From assembly GCA_031409335.1 (NCBI GenBank), contig JANNWY010000205.1, positions 1 to 62,437 on the forward strand: a stretch of 62,437 nt of DNA, read 5' to 3'. The stretch's first letter is position 1; the number at the start of each line of letters is the position of its first letter. The notes under the pieces are model-generated. The model was not told the DNA's origin. It was given only the letters and a program-made list of their open reading frames with translations, and did no database searches. The translations under genes were made by a program, and so were the position numbers. Source of the stretch: Chthoniobacteraceae bacterium. GTDB lineage: Bacteria > Verrucomicrobiota > Verrucomicrobiia > Chthoniobacterales > Chthoniobacteraceae. Positions 31,039-43,286 of this stretch are shown piece after piece.

Positions 31039-33801
31039 TCATAACATCCCCACCCGCTTCCGAATGATCCACTCGATCGTCAGCAGCGCGATGAGCGGGA
31101 TGAACCATTTGTAGCTTTGCCACAGCACCGTATCGCTCTCGATCACTTTGCCCTGGCTCATCGGCGCGAGGAGGGCGGCGAGTTTGTCGAGGTGTTCTTC
31201 GCGGAGATACTGGCCTCCGCTGGCGGCGGACATTTGGCGGAGGAGGTCTTCGTTGAGGTTGAGCATCGTCATCTCGCCAGTCTCGCGTGCTTCCACTTTG
31301 AAACGGGTGCGCGCCTGCGCGTCACGCGATTGGATCGCGGCGGATTCGATGCTCACTTCGTAGTCGCCGGGTTCGAGCGCGGCGCTTTTTCCGCGGTAAA
31401 GTCCGCCGCCGTTTTCGTCCACGTTCAGCCGGATAACGGCGGCGCGTTTTCCGTCGCGGGTGAGCACGGCATCGACCGCGGTGCTTGTGACCGGCTTGCC
31501 TTCGCCATCGCGCAGACGCACGCGAATATTTGCGGAGTCGCCGGGCTGATAGGTGATCGCGCCGGCATCGAGCGAGATGAATTTGTCGCGCACGGCGAAC
31601 GGCAGCTCGGCGATCCAGTTGGCGACTTGGTTCCAATACTTCACGTGATGCAGATCGGCGACCTCCTGCCGCCAGCGCCATGAATCGTCGAAGCCGTGGT
31701 AAAGCACCTGCCCCGCGCCGAACGAACGATAGACGACGGCCGGCACGCGCTGGCCTTTCACGTCGGCCTCGATCAGCGTTTCGCTGCCGGGTAGCGCTTC
31801 GGATTCGGCGAGCCAGTGCGGCGGCGGGAGCGAATTCCACAGGTCGGCATTTTGCGCGCGATCGGCCGCGAGGACGAAGGGCGCGAGCGGCGCCGCGCGG
31901 TCGGTCAGCGCGAGTTTGGCGATGCCTTCGCGCACACCGCCGCTTTTCCACTCCACGGGAAAAAGCGGCGCGATGGCGGTGTCGGCGTACTCCTTGAAAC
32001 GTCCGCGCGCGCCGTCGATGAAGATGATCGCACCACCGCGTTCAGCGACGAAATCCTTGATCCATTTCAGCTCATCGTTCTTCCAGACGGCGGGCGCGAC
32101 TTCGCCAAAAACGATGAGATCGTACGGCGCGAGCATCGCGGCATCGGTGGGAAACATGCCGGGCTTGTCGCCGCGCACGAAGCCGGATTCGCCGGGCGTC
32201 GTCCCGGCGATGACGGTGTTCACTTCCCACTGCTCGTCGCGCTCGAACAGATTCCGCAAGTAGCGCGTCTCCCAGCGCGGACGCCCGTCCAGCACGAGGA
32301 TGCGGCGCTTTTGCGTGACGGCGCGGAAGCGCAGCGAGCCCGCGTTGTTCCCCGGCTGCGAATCGCCTTCGATCCCCGTGATCGCCACGCTCAATTCCAG
32401 CGGCACGCCGGTGACCTGCACGTCGCCCGTTTTCGCTGCGCCGAATCGCGGCTCGACGATTTCTTTCACAGGAAAATCAAACGGGATGCGGCGCGTCTGC
32501 TTGTTCTCGGTGAAGAATTTCTGCTCCCACACGATCTTCTCGCCGTCTTTCACGGTCATCGTGAATGGCTGGCCGACCGGCATGTCATCCTTCAGCACGA
32601 TCTGGCCGTGGATGCGGTCCTGGAAAAACACGGACTCGGGCACCTCGGCCTTCACGACTGCGAGATCGCGCGGGCGCACTTGACCGCCCATGCCGACCGT
32701 GTAGATCGGCATCTGGCGTCCGCCAAAAACCTTCGCGACTTCGATCGGCGAGTCGCCGTTGTTGTGCTGGCCATCGGTGAAAATCACGACGGCACCGCGC
32801 TGCTCGGTTTCGTTCCCGCCTGCGCTGGTCTTGATTCCCGTCGCGAGGTCGGTCGTTTCGGCGGTGGGTTTGCGGAGTGAAGTTGGCGGCACGGAATCGC
32901 GCGCGGTCGGCTGCCAGAGTTTGTCGGCGCGCCCACCGTCGAGCATGAGCAGTTCGACATCGTGCGTCTCGGCGAGCTTCGCGAGCAGGTTCGGTTCGCT
33001 GCCTTCGATCAGCATCGTCTGGAGGCGCTGCCAGCGCGGGAGCGCGTCGAATTTTTGCAGCGCCGTTTTCAACGCGGAGGCGTCGCCCGTGGCGAGGTCG
33101 GTCATGCGCTTGCTGAAAACCTCCTCGATCTCGCGCTGCCAGCGGCCCGCGATTTCGCCGAGGCGCGTGAGGTCCGCCACCGCGCTAGCGCGGTCTTCGA
33201 TCTGCTTGAGTTCGCGATGCACGAGTGCGCGCGCGGGGTCGAGCAGGTCTTTCCCGAGACGATCCACGCGTTCCTTTTCCCCGCCGCCCTTGGCGAAAAG
33301 ATCGCGGGCATCACCGATCTTCGCGGAGAATTCGCTGACGAGCGCATTCCACTCCGCGGTATCGATGCCGGGCGTGAGCCGGGCCTTGTCCGCAGCGGCT
33401 TGCGCTTCGGCGAGCGCTTCACCCGCATTCGGCAATTCCATCGGCACCGAGCCGGATTTGAGCAGGCCGAGTCGTTCGAGGATTGGGATTTTTCGTCCGA
33501 GATCCATTGTCGGATCGGTCAGCTCCATGCTGCGCGAGCCATCGACGAAAAGCAGCAGGCGCGAGAGCTGACCGATGACTTTGCGATGATGCAGCACCGG
33601 GCCGCTCAGCATGAGGACCATCATCATCACGGCGAGCGCGCGGAGCGAGGGGAGGAGGATGCGGAGCCAGGGCTTTGGGGGGAGCGCGTCGCGGCGGTAG
33701 AGCAGCCATGCAGTGGAACCAAGTGCCAGAGCCGCGCCGCAGCCGAGCCACCAAGGCCAGTCGCCGACGAAACGGAGGGTGGTTTGCACGCGCTCGTTCA
33801 T
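31039..33801 (-). CDS. vWA-like/GATase1-like domain membrane protein
   Basis: N-terminal TMs, FVDGSRSM, FTDGQHN, PRWETRYLRN, YDLIVFG, SWRWR, LLTIEWIIRKRVG. Confidence 0.85.
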   Translation of the reverse strand: MNERVQTTLRFVGDWPWWLGCGAALALGSTAWLLYRRDALPPKPWLRILLPSLRALAVMMMVLMLSGPVLHHRKVIGQLSRLLLFVDGSRSMELTDPTMDLGRKIPILERLGLLKSGSVPMELPNAGEALAEAQAAADKARLTPGIDTAEWNALVSEFSAKIGDARDLFAKGGGEKERVDRLGKDLLDPARALVHRELKQIEDRASAVADLTRLGEIAGRWQREIEEVFSKRMTDLATGDASALKTALQKFDALPRWQRLQTMLIEGSEPNLLAKLAETHDVELLMLDGGRADKLWQPTARDSVPPTSLRKPTAETTDLATGIKTSAGGNETEQRGAVVIFTDGQHNNGDSPIEVAKVFGGRQMPIYTVGMGGQVRPRDLAVVKAEVPESVFFQDRIHGQIVLKDDMPVGQPFTMTVKDGEKIVWEQKFFTENKQTRRIPFDFPVKEIVEPRFGAAKTGDVQVTGVPLELSVAITGIEGDSQPGNNAGSLRFRAVTQKRRILVLDGRPRWETRYLRNLFERDEQWEVNTVIAGTTPGESGFVRGDKPGMFPTDAAMLAPYDLIVFGEVAPAVWKNDELKWIKDFVAERGGAIIFIDGARGRFKEYADTAIAPLFPVEWKSGGVREGIAKLALTDRAAPLAPFVLAADRAQNADLWNSLPPPHWLAESEALPGSETLIEADVKGQRVPAVVYRSFGAGQVLYHGFDDSWRWRQEVADLHHVKYWNQVANWIAELPFAVRDKFISLDAGAITYQPGDSANIRVRLRDGEGKPVTSTAVDAVLTRDGKRAAVIRLNVDENGGGLYRGKSAALEPGDYEVSIESAAIQSRDAQARTRFKVEARETGEMTMLNLNEDLLRQMSAASGGQYLREEHLDKLAALLAPMSQGKVIESDTVLWQSYKWFIPLIALLTIEWIIRKRVGML

Positions 33802-33821
33802 GGCTTTGGAGGACCGCGATA

Positions 33822-33960
33822 GCCCTGCCGGGGGCTGAACATCGAACATCGAACATCGAATATCGAATATCGAAGTTCGGAGTGAAGCATCGCCCGCGCT
33901 TTCCGACTTCGATGTTCGATGTTCGACGTTCGATGTTCGATGTTCAGCCCGCCGCAGGCG
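33822..33960. repeat. Heptamer inverted-repeat cassette E2 (no gene in the loop)
   Basis: GCCCTGCCGGGGGCT-(GAAYATC)x5-GAAG ... CTTC-(GAYGTTC)x5-AGCCCGCCGCAGGC. Confidence 0.92.
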
Positions 33961-33985
33961 CGTATCGCTCTGGTGAGGATTCTCA

Positions 33986-36144
33986 TCACGCGCGTCCTCC
34001 TCCCCGCGCAAACCGCTGCTGCAAAATCAGCTCCAAAAAAGTCAACCCCAGCAGCACCCACAGCGCGCCTTTCCAAAACTCCCGTCCAAATCGCCGCGAA
34101 CTTTCGAGCGCTTTGAATTCGCTGCCGGACCGCACGAGCGAGACGCCATGCGCGCTGGCGAGGTCGATGATTTCCTTGCCGGAAAGTTTCTGCAAATCGG
34201 ACTCACGTCGCGATGCGTTCACGACGAAGTGCATCGGCTCGCCACTAGGCGGGTTCAGCGTGTAGAGGCCGGGGCGCTGGGTCTTGTCATACTCGATCAC
34301 GCCTCGATCCGCCTTTTTCACGATCGGCAATTCGGTCGTGATTCCCGCCGGATTCACGAGGCTCGTTTTCTTACCTGCATCCGCCACTGGAAGAAATGCG
34401 ACCAGCGGACGACCGACTTCCAGATTGCGCGGCGGATAAACCGTGGACGCGAGATAGACAGACAGGCGCTGGAGCAGCGGCAGGTAAAAAGGGCGCATCG
34501 GGAGATTACCCCAATCGGCGTCAAGCGCCGTCGAACACGCAATCACGCGGCCCTCGCCATACGGTTTCTCGACCAGAAACGGATCGCCGCTTTCGAGGCG
34601 CGCGAGCGTTACGACTTCCGTCGCCTTCCCCGATTCCTCGAGTTTGAACCAGAGCTTGATCGCGGAGTCGGAAAGGTTGCCGTTGCGCGGATCGTTGAAG
34701 AGTTCGAGCGCGGGATTTTCGAAACGCTGCGTGACGATCGCGACGGACGGCGCGCCCTCTTTCAATTCACCCGCGAGCGGTCCGAGCGTTTGCGGGAGCA
34801 GACCTTTGCCGTCGCGAAAGAGCGGGCCGTTGTACCACGACGGGTCGCTGCGATCGCCGGGGAAAATGAGCAGGCCACCGCCGCCTTTCACAAACTCCTC
34901 GATCGCCCGCAACTGATCGTCTCCGAGTTTGCGGACGTTTGCCAATATGAGCACCGCACTTTCCACGAGCGCCTTCGCGTTGATCTCCTCGGGCTTGATC
35001 ACCTTCGTTGAGATGAGGTCGGCGAGTTCGACTTTCCCCGCGCTGAATGGCTGGAGCGCGATCTCGGCGAAGTCGGTTTCGCCCTTCAGCGGCGCGGGAT
35101 TCGGATCACCATTCACGAGCAGCAGCGGGACTTTGTCGCGCACGGGAATGCTCGCGAGGAAACTGTTGTCGGCCTTCAGCGCGTCGGCGTCGGCGATGAT
35201 TTCGACGACGTGCGAACCGGCAGTCTCGAAGGCGTGCGAGAAGAGCACCTGGCCTTTTTGATGCGGCGCCAGATTGATCTGCGAGACGGATTTCTCCTTG
35301 CCGTCCGCCTTGAAATACACGCGCAACTCGGGATACGCGGCGTCACCGAAATTGTGCAGATTCGCGCGAATCTGAATCTTCTGCCCGACGCCGACCATGA
35401 GCCGCGAGAAGTCGAGCGACTCGATGGCGACGTTGTCCTTCGCCTCACTGCCGACATCGAAAAGCGTGATTTGGGGGGCGATCGGCAGCTTCTTCAAACG
35501 GTCGATCATTTCGCCGAGTTGCCTGTCCTCCGTCGCCTCGAAACTCACGCGCTGGAAGTCGGTGAGCATGACGAGTTGCCGCGTGGATTCATGCGTCTGC
35601 CCAAAGACGTTGCCCGCGTAATCGAGCGCCGACGGAACGGTCGCGGCTCCAAATCCGGCATCGAGTTTCGACAACGCCTGCGTGAGTCGCCCGGTGTCAT
35701 AAGTCGGCTCGTCGATGAGCGACGAACCGCCTTCGCCCATCAGCACGATCGAGGCATCCGAGCCGCGCTTGAGTTCGCCGACGATGCGACTCGCCTCATC
35801 GCGCGCGACGGAAAAATTTGAGACACCGGCGCGGCCCGCTTCCATCGAGTAGCTGTTATCGAGCAGCACGACGGTCGAAGTTTTTGCATTGCCGAGCAGC
35901 TTTTGCGCACCGACCCAGACCGGCCGCGCCATGGCGAGAGCGAGCAGCGCGGGGATCGCGGCGCGGACGGCGAGCAGGATGAGTTGCTCGATGCGGATGC
36001 GGCGCTGGTTGGTGCGGATGACGGCTTGCAGCAGGTGCATCGCGCCCCATTTTACCACGACGAAACGGCTCTTGTGGAAGAGGTGGATGATGATCGGGAT
36101 GGCGAGCGCGGCGAGGCCGCCGAGGAGGGCGAAGTTAAGGAAGG

Positions 36145-36148
<4 letters not shown>
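33986..36148 (-). CDS. BatA N-terminal/vWA domain protein
   Basis: MTFLN..LL.GL..LAIPIIIHL, WGAM..L, LLDNSYSM (MIDAS), LTDFQ, WGNLP, RESDL. Confidence 0.9.
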
Positions 36149-36743
<595 letters not shown>

Positions 36744-36747
<4 letters not shown>

Positions 36748-37640
36748 GCCCGAGCCCTCCTCCAGCTCAAATAAGCCGCCAGCGCCTCCGCATAAGGCTT
36801 ATCCGTCGTAAACGGCACCAGGTCGATCTTATGCCGCCGACATCCTTTCGTCAGTTCGGTGCGAAATTTTTCAAGGTTCGCGAGATACGCTTCGCGCAGC
36901 AGCACGGGATCGAGCAGATGTTTGCTGCCTTCCTGTTCGAGACATTCAAATTGCGTCCAGCTCTTGAACGGAAATTCCAGTTCGTCGCGGTCCCAGATTT
37001 GGAAGACGAGGATTTCGTGGTGCGCGTGGCGGAAATGCGCGAGGGCTTTCAGCAGCTTGTTGACGTCGCCGAACAAATCCGAGATGACGATGAGCAATCC
37101 ACGCCGGTGCAGATTCGGGACGAGGTCGTGAAAGACATCGCCAATCTCCGTTTCTCCACCGGGCTCGCTCTTTTGGAGCTCGTCCATGATGACGCGCAGA
37201 TGGCTGATGCGGGCGCGCGGCGGGATGTATTTGCGGACCTTTGTGTCGAAGGTCACGAGGCCCACGCTGTCCTGCTGGCCGATCATCAGATAGGTGAGGC
37301 AGGCGGCGAGACGCGTGGCGTATTGATATTTCGAGATGCCGTTGCGCCCGTAGTTCATCGAGCCGCTGAGATCGAGCAGCAACGTGGCGCGAAGGTTCGT
37401 CTCCTCTTCGTATTCGCGGATGTAAAAGCGGTCGCTGCGCCCGAACACGCGCCAGTCGATGTGGCGGATCTCATCGCCGGGGACGTATTGGCGGTGCTGC
37501 TTAAACTCGACGCTGAAACCCTTGTGCGGCGAGCGGTGGAGGCCGGAGCAAAATCCTTCGACGACCTGGCGCGCGACGACTTGCAGGCTGCTGATCTTTT
37601 GCAGATCGGCGGGGGTGAGGAAGTCGGCGACGTGGGACAC
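36744..37640 (-). CDS. DUF58 domain protein
   Basis: SG.HRSP.KGFSVEF.QHR.Y.PGDE.R.IDW, EEETN, DLSGSM, ISDL; GTG start at 37640. Confidence 0.93.
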
Positions 37641-37686
37641 GGGAGGCGACGTTGGGAGGTTTAGCGCCCGCGAAAAAAAATGTGAC

Positions 37687-37828
37687 GGCCCTGCGGGCGG
37701 CTCAACGTCCAACGTTCAACTTCCAACTTCCAACTTTCAAAGGAAACCATCGCGAGCGTTGTCGCGTCGGGTCGTTGAACGTTGAGCGTTGGACGTTGAA
37801 TGTTGAAAGTTGAGCCCGCCGCAGGCGC
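37687..37828. repeat. Heptamer inverted-repeat cassette E4 (CAACGTT/CAACTTC-type units, no gene in the loop)
   Basis: GGCCCTGCGGGCGGCT-CAACGTC CAACGTT CAACTTC CAACTTC CAACTTT ... five GTTGAAC-like units-GTTGAGCCCGCCGCAGGC. Same caps as E1-E3 but a different heptamer. Confidence 0.9.
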
Positions 37829-37836
37829 CTTCTCAG

Positions 37837-38895
<1,059 letters not shown>

Positions 38896-38988
38896 AAATT
38901 GGGGTGGATACAGCGACGCCGTTCGGCGCAACGGGCAACGAACGGCGTCATCAAAGCGGCGCAAAGACTTCCGGGGCCGGAAGCAGAC

Positions 38989-39576
38989 TCAATACGGCAT
39001 GCTTCCGAAATCCGGCATCCCGACTGGCATTCCGACAGTCCCGATCACCGGATCAGCATCAATGTCGAGCCACTGGGGCGGCGTCGCGGCAGCGGCCTCG
39101 GGCAGCCACTTGGCTGGCTCTTCGACAAACGCGCGCAGGGAATCGAACGAGGCGAGCATCCCGCTGCCATTCGCGGGCGTGAGTCCGTGAGTGACGACTT
39201 GGGCAACGCCGCGGGAAACTTGGGCAACGTGAACCGCCGTTTCCCGATCCGGCAGGATCGCTGGGTGGACGATCGCGAAAGCGACACACGCCGCTGCGGC
39301 GACAACGCCGGCAGCCATGCGAACGAACGCCATCGGATTGAAACGAACGGCGAGCAAGCGGGCGCGCTGCTCGTCGGTCAGTCCGATACTTTCGATCTTC
39401 CCGGCTTCCCGATCGAAGCCTTCCTCAACCATCTGCCCCATCTCAATGAGATCGTACACGTCCTCCCGGCACTCTTCGGAAACGGCCAGCATCGACTCGA
39501 CATAGAGCCGCTCGTGCGGGTCCAGCTCATTGAGAGCGTAGTCGGTTAAATCCTGATCTGAAATCCTACCTCTCAT
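38989..39576 (-). CDS. Putative anti-sigma factor (single TM)
   Basis: LTDYALNEL...ER..VE..L.....CR is a degenerate ZAS-like helix; one TM; ATGA-coupled to the ECF sigma. Confidence 0.65.
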   Translation of the reverse strand: MRGRISDQDLTDYALNELDPHERLYVESMLAVSEECREDVYDLIEMGQMVEEGFDREAGKIESIGLTDEQRARLLAVRFNPMAFVRMAAGVVAAAACVAFAIVHPAILPDRETAVHVAQVSRGVAQVVTHGLTPANGSGMLASFDSLRAFVEEPAKWLPEAAAATPPQWLDIDADPVIGTVGMPVGMPDFGSMPY

Positions 39577-40127
39577 GATGCGGTTTTCTTTAGGTAAACA
39601 ATTTTCTCGTCCTTATCGTCGCGCTCCATCTTCGTACGCAGATTGCGCATCGCGGCGTTTAGCAAAAATCCAACGTTCCCGACGCTCAAGCCGGTGATGT
39701 CGCTAATCTCCTGATAAGAATGGTGATGGTGGAATCGCAGCCGGACGACCTCCTGCTGGTTCTTCGGCAATTCCTTCACCAATTCCATCAGCCGCGTCAC
39801 GCGCTCCTTGCGTTCCAGTTCCGCAAACGGCGTCAGCGATTCACATTTCTTGTGCTCAAACTCCTGAGCCTCGACGTAAATATACCGGTCCTCTTTCTTC
39901 AGCGATTTAAGCGAGCAATTGCGGCACACCGTAAACAGCCACTGCGAAAGATGCCCCTCGATCGCCGCCTGCTCCTGATTGTGCAGACGCATGAAGGTCT
40001 CCTGCACGATGTCGCGCGCCCGGTCGATGTCGCTCACGATGCTCATCGCGTATTGCAGCAGCGGGCGCTCGTAACGTTCAAGTGCGGTCTGCACCCAGAT
40101 GGCTTTTTTCTTTTGTTTTCCGAACAT
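39573..40127 (-). CDS. ECF-type RNA polymerase sigma factor
   Basis: YERPL..YA, A.DIVQETF, WLFTVCRN, LP.NQQEVVRL.F...SYQEIS. Confidence 0.92.
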   Translation of the reverse strand: MFGKQKKKAIWVQTALERYERPLLQYAMSIVSDIDRARDIVQETFMRLHNQEQAAIEGHLSQWLFTVCRNCSLKSLKKEDRYIYVEAQEFEHKKCESLTPFAELERKERVTRLMELVKELPKNQQEVVRLRFHHHHSYQEISDITGLSVGNVGFLLNAAMRNLRTKMERDDKDEKIVYLKKTAS

Positions 40128-40500
40128 AATGAATGGGAATTTGGACTTCCCGATTGATAACCCGCGTCGATTCATTTTGCTGTAAAAAAGTTACGCGTTG
40201 GCTCTCCGACGATTCCCGCGCGCTTCAAATCCCGGACGTGAGGCGCAAATTCGCCCGCGCCTCGCGCAGCGGACGCTTCCGCAACTCGGCGGGAAACAAT
40301 CAAGGTTGGATTGATCGGATTCATGTTGCGTCGATCACCCGCAATAAGCAGTCCGCTTAGATCCGCGCGCGTCATTTTCCGAAACTAAATGCTCTAAGAA
40401 ACGAGGCGGCGCGGAAACAAAATCGGCCTGGCCGCGTGGCATTTTAGCGGCGCGCGCGAGGATGCGGAGGAAGGCGATTCGCGATGCGAATCCAGCATTG

Positions 40501-40553
40501 TATTATATTTTCCATAACTTTTCCTTGCACGGAAAATCGTTCGAGGATAACAT
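40501..40553 (+). promoter_or_regulatory. Candidate sigma70 promoter
   Basis: TTGCAC (40525-30), 17-nt spacer, TAACAT (40548-53), preceded by an AT-rich tract; 62 nt upstream of ATG 40616. Confidence 0.45.
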
Positions 40554-40615
40554 CTCCGACTTCGCAACCCTTCCCGACAAGCAGTCCGCAGGCCCAGCTA
40601 CCTTTCCGTTTTCGC

Positions 40616-42211
40616 ATGAAACACACACACCTCCTGACTTTCTTCGCCGCCGCACTCGTTTCCGCGAGCGCCAGCGCGAATCCGGTGATCGACGATTTCG
40701 CCACGATTCCAAATCTCGGGGCGAGCACTGACAGCAACGGTGGCTTGATGCTGGCGACCGACGGGAACTACTACGGCGTGGTCGGCGGCAATGGCGCGGC
40801 CGATACCGGGAGCATTTTCAAAATGACTCCCGCCGGCGTCGTGACGACTCTGGTGCAATTCACGGGAAGCGGCGGTGCCGCGCCCGGCAACACTCCGCGC
40901 GGACGTCTGCTCGAGACGCCGGATGGTTTCCTCTATGGAGTGACTTACACGGGGAAGACGACGGCTGGCGCGGGGCTCACCTCCGGGACTGTCTTCAAAG
41001 TGAGCAAGGCCGGAGCGTTCACGTCCCTCGTTTCCTTTGTGCGCGCGACGACCGTGCAGCCACCTGAGACGGCGCAGACCGCATATGGCGCGAACCCGAT
41101 TGGCGATCTCGCCCTCGGCACGGATGGCATCATCTACGGCACGACATACCGGGGTGGCACCAACGATCAGGGCACCATCTGGGGACTCAATTCCACCACT
41201 GGTGCCTTTGCCACTGTGCTCCAGTTTGGCCTTACCGGAGCGGGCTCGCCGGTCAATTGCTTTGCCGGTCTCATCCGCGGCACGGGAAACATTTTTTACG
41301 GTCTCGGCCTGGAGGGCGGCGCGGCCAATGGCGGCTGCGTCTTCTCATTCCAGCCCGGCGTCGGCTATCAGCATTTGGCGAGCTTCAGCGGCGTCCTCGC
41401 GCCGAACTACGGCAATCAACCCGCCGCCGCCCTCACGTTCGGCACGGATGGAAAACTCTACGGCACGACCTCGCGCGGCGGAATCGGGGCAAACGATGGC
41501 ACCACCTTCCGTTGCAGCACATCGGGAACGTTCGAGCATCGGGCCGACTTCAACGCCAATACCATTGCCCGCACCGGAACCGGCATCACCCCCGCCGCTG
41601 ACGGAAATTTCTACGGCATCGGTCTGAACGATCGGAAAGTCTTCCGCATGACTCCCGCGGGAGCCATCACGACCGTCGGCGTCCTCCCCACCGCCTCCCT
41701 TCCACTCGCCCCGTGGACCATCGGAGCGGATGGCAATCTCTACACCGCCGCGGGTGGCCATGTTTACCGGCTGCGATTTGGAACGACGCTCGCGCCATTT
41801 GCCGCGTGGAAACAGCTCCACCTCGGCAACTCCGCCGCCAACGACAACGCGGACCCCGAGCACGACAATCTCGGTGCCCTCGCGGAATACGCGCTCAATT
41901 TGCTGCCCTCAAACAACGACACGCCACCCGTGGTCAGCGCATTCAATTACGTCGAAGGACGCCGCCTCCGCGTCATCATCCCGCGCGACCCGGCTCACAA
42001 CGACATCACGGTCGAAGTCCTCACCACCGACAATCTCATCGCCGGCCCGTGGACCGTGGTCGCCACCAGCGCGCTCGGCGCACCATTCAGCGGGCCGGGT
42101 TACTTCGCCGGAGACAGCGCCACACCGGGGATCAAGACGGTCGAGATTCGCGACACAGTCAACATGGCCGGCGCGGCGAAACGTTTCCTGAAACTGCGCT
42201 TCACGCACTAA
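40616..42211 (+). CDS. Secreted GloVer (TIGR03803-like) beta-propeller repeat protein with a verrucomicrobial C-terminal domain
   Basis: Signal peptide; about 7 repeats of L..GTDG.LYGTT..GG....GT.F; tail ADPEHD...LAEYAL...RFLKLRF. Confidence 0.85.
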   Translation: MKHTHLLTFFAAALVSASASANPVIDDFATIPNLGASTDSNGGLMLATDGNYYGVVGGNGAADTGSIFKMTPAGVVTTLVQFTGSGGAAPGNTPRGRLLETPDGFLYGVTYTGKTTAGAGLTSGTVFKVSKAGAFTSLVSFVRATTVQPPETAQTAYGANPIGDLALGTDGIIYGTTYRGGTNDQGTIWGLNSTTGAFATVLQFGLTGAGSPVNCFAGLIRGTGNIFYGLGLEGGAANGGCVFSFQPGVGYQHLASFSGVLAPNYGNQPAAALTFGTDGKLYGTTSRGGIGANDGTTFRCSTSGTFEHRADFNANTIARTGTGITPAADGNFYGIGLNDRKVFRMTPAGAITTVGVLPTASLPLAPWTIGADGNLYTAAGGHVYRLRFGTTLAPFAAWKQLHLGNSAANDNADPEHDNLGALAEYALNLLPSNNDTPPVVSAFNYVEGRRLRVIIPRDPAHNDITVEVLTTDNLIAGPWTVVATSALGAPFSGPGYFAGDSATPGIKTVEIRDTVNMAGAAKRFLKLRFTH

Positions 42212-42226
42212 CCCGCCGCGGTCGCA

Positions 42227-43282
42227 TCACAACAGCGTCTCGAGAACTTCGAGCGCTTTGCGATAGACTTGGTGCCGGCTCCCGCCGCCGATTTCCCAGA
42301 GGAGCAGACTCGTCGTTTCATTGCTCCCGGCTGGCAGCAGGTGATGGTAAACGCGCCCGCCGGACAGCCGGACTTCCACGCGGAAAAAATCTCCCTGCTG
42401 ATCGCGCCGCACCTGCAAACCGCCGCTCGCCGACATCAATTCGCAAAGGCTGAGCGAACGCCCGGCTTCGGCACTGAGTTCAAACTTCACCGGCAATTTC
42501 CCATCGCGCTGAAAAACGAACCCGCTGCCGTCCGCCGTCGCATTCGAATATTTCAACTGCGCCGCAAACCAACTCACCAGCAGCAGCGCCGTCGAGCGGT
42601 TCTCCGGCGCGTGCGCGATGCGGATCATCGTCAGATCATCCAGCAGCGCCATGTTGTCGGGGTGGTCGAACATTTGCGAAAGCGCCTGCCGCAAATGCAG
42701 CGAACGCGCCCAGTTGAGGTCGCACAGAATCAGATGGGCCTGCGCGCGCTCGATGGATTCGCGCAGAGTTGAAAATTGCGCCCGCGCATCCTTCCACTCG
42801 AAGCTGTCATAGATCAGCCGATCCACCCAGGCCCACAGCGTTTCGTCGATCGGATCGGGAAATTCGCCCTGCCACCACAGGTAAAGCGGCAGATCGGAAT
42901 CGAGGTTCGCGAACAGCGTATTCGCCATCCGGCTCTCCGCGTGCCCCTCGAACAAAAATGAAATCTGCTCGCAGCAAATCTGTTTCGCGCCCGCGCGGCT
43001 CAGGTGGCAGTGCGCATTGATCCACGCCGATACCTTTGGCTCCCCTGCCCCGTTTGGCGCGATGCCGGCCAGCAGCGCCCTGCACGCGTGCTGACTCGTA
43101 AACTCCGAAATCACCACCGTATTCTTCTTCATCGCCTCGATCCCGCGGCACACGATCGCGAAATTCACCAGCGATGCCCGCGTCGTCGCGCCGGCATCGG
43201 TTTCCCAGATTTTCTTCAAGGCGCGGCCGATCTGCCCGACTTCCACCGGCTGCCCAAATGCCAATGTCTCGATGGCTGACAT
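42227..43282 (-). CDS. opcA: Glucose-6-phosphate dehydrogenase assembly protein
   Basis: RAS..N, H.CR, CCEQI, DLP.YLWW.G, RLIYDS, DLNWAR; immediately downstream of zwf. Confidence 0.85.
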   Translation of the reverse strand: MSAIETLAFGQPVEVGQIGRALKKIWETDAGATTRASLVNFAIVCRGIEAMKKNTVVISEFTSQHACRALLAGIAPNGAGEPKVSAWINAHCHLSRAGAKQICCEQISFLFEGHAESRMANTLFANLDSDLPLYLWWQGEFPDPIDETLWAWVDRLIYDSFEWKDARAQFSTLRESIERAQAHLILCDLNWARSLHLRQALSQMFDHPDNMALLDDLTMIRIAHAPENRSTALLLVSWFAAQLKYSNATADGSGFVFQRDGKLPVKFELSAEAGRSLSLCELMSASGGLQVRRDQQGDFFRVEVRLSGGRVYHHLLPAGSNETTSLLLWEIGGGSRHQVYRKALEVLETLL

Positions 43283-43286
43283 CACG

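Noticed and set aside
40128..40480. ECF autoregulatory promoter upstream of the sigma gene
   Set aside because: A GTAAC -35-like motif exists on the minus strand near 40190, but there is no convincing -10 at the proper spacing.
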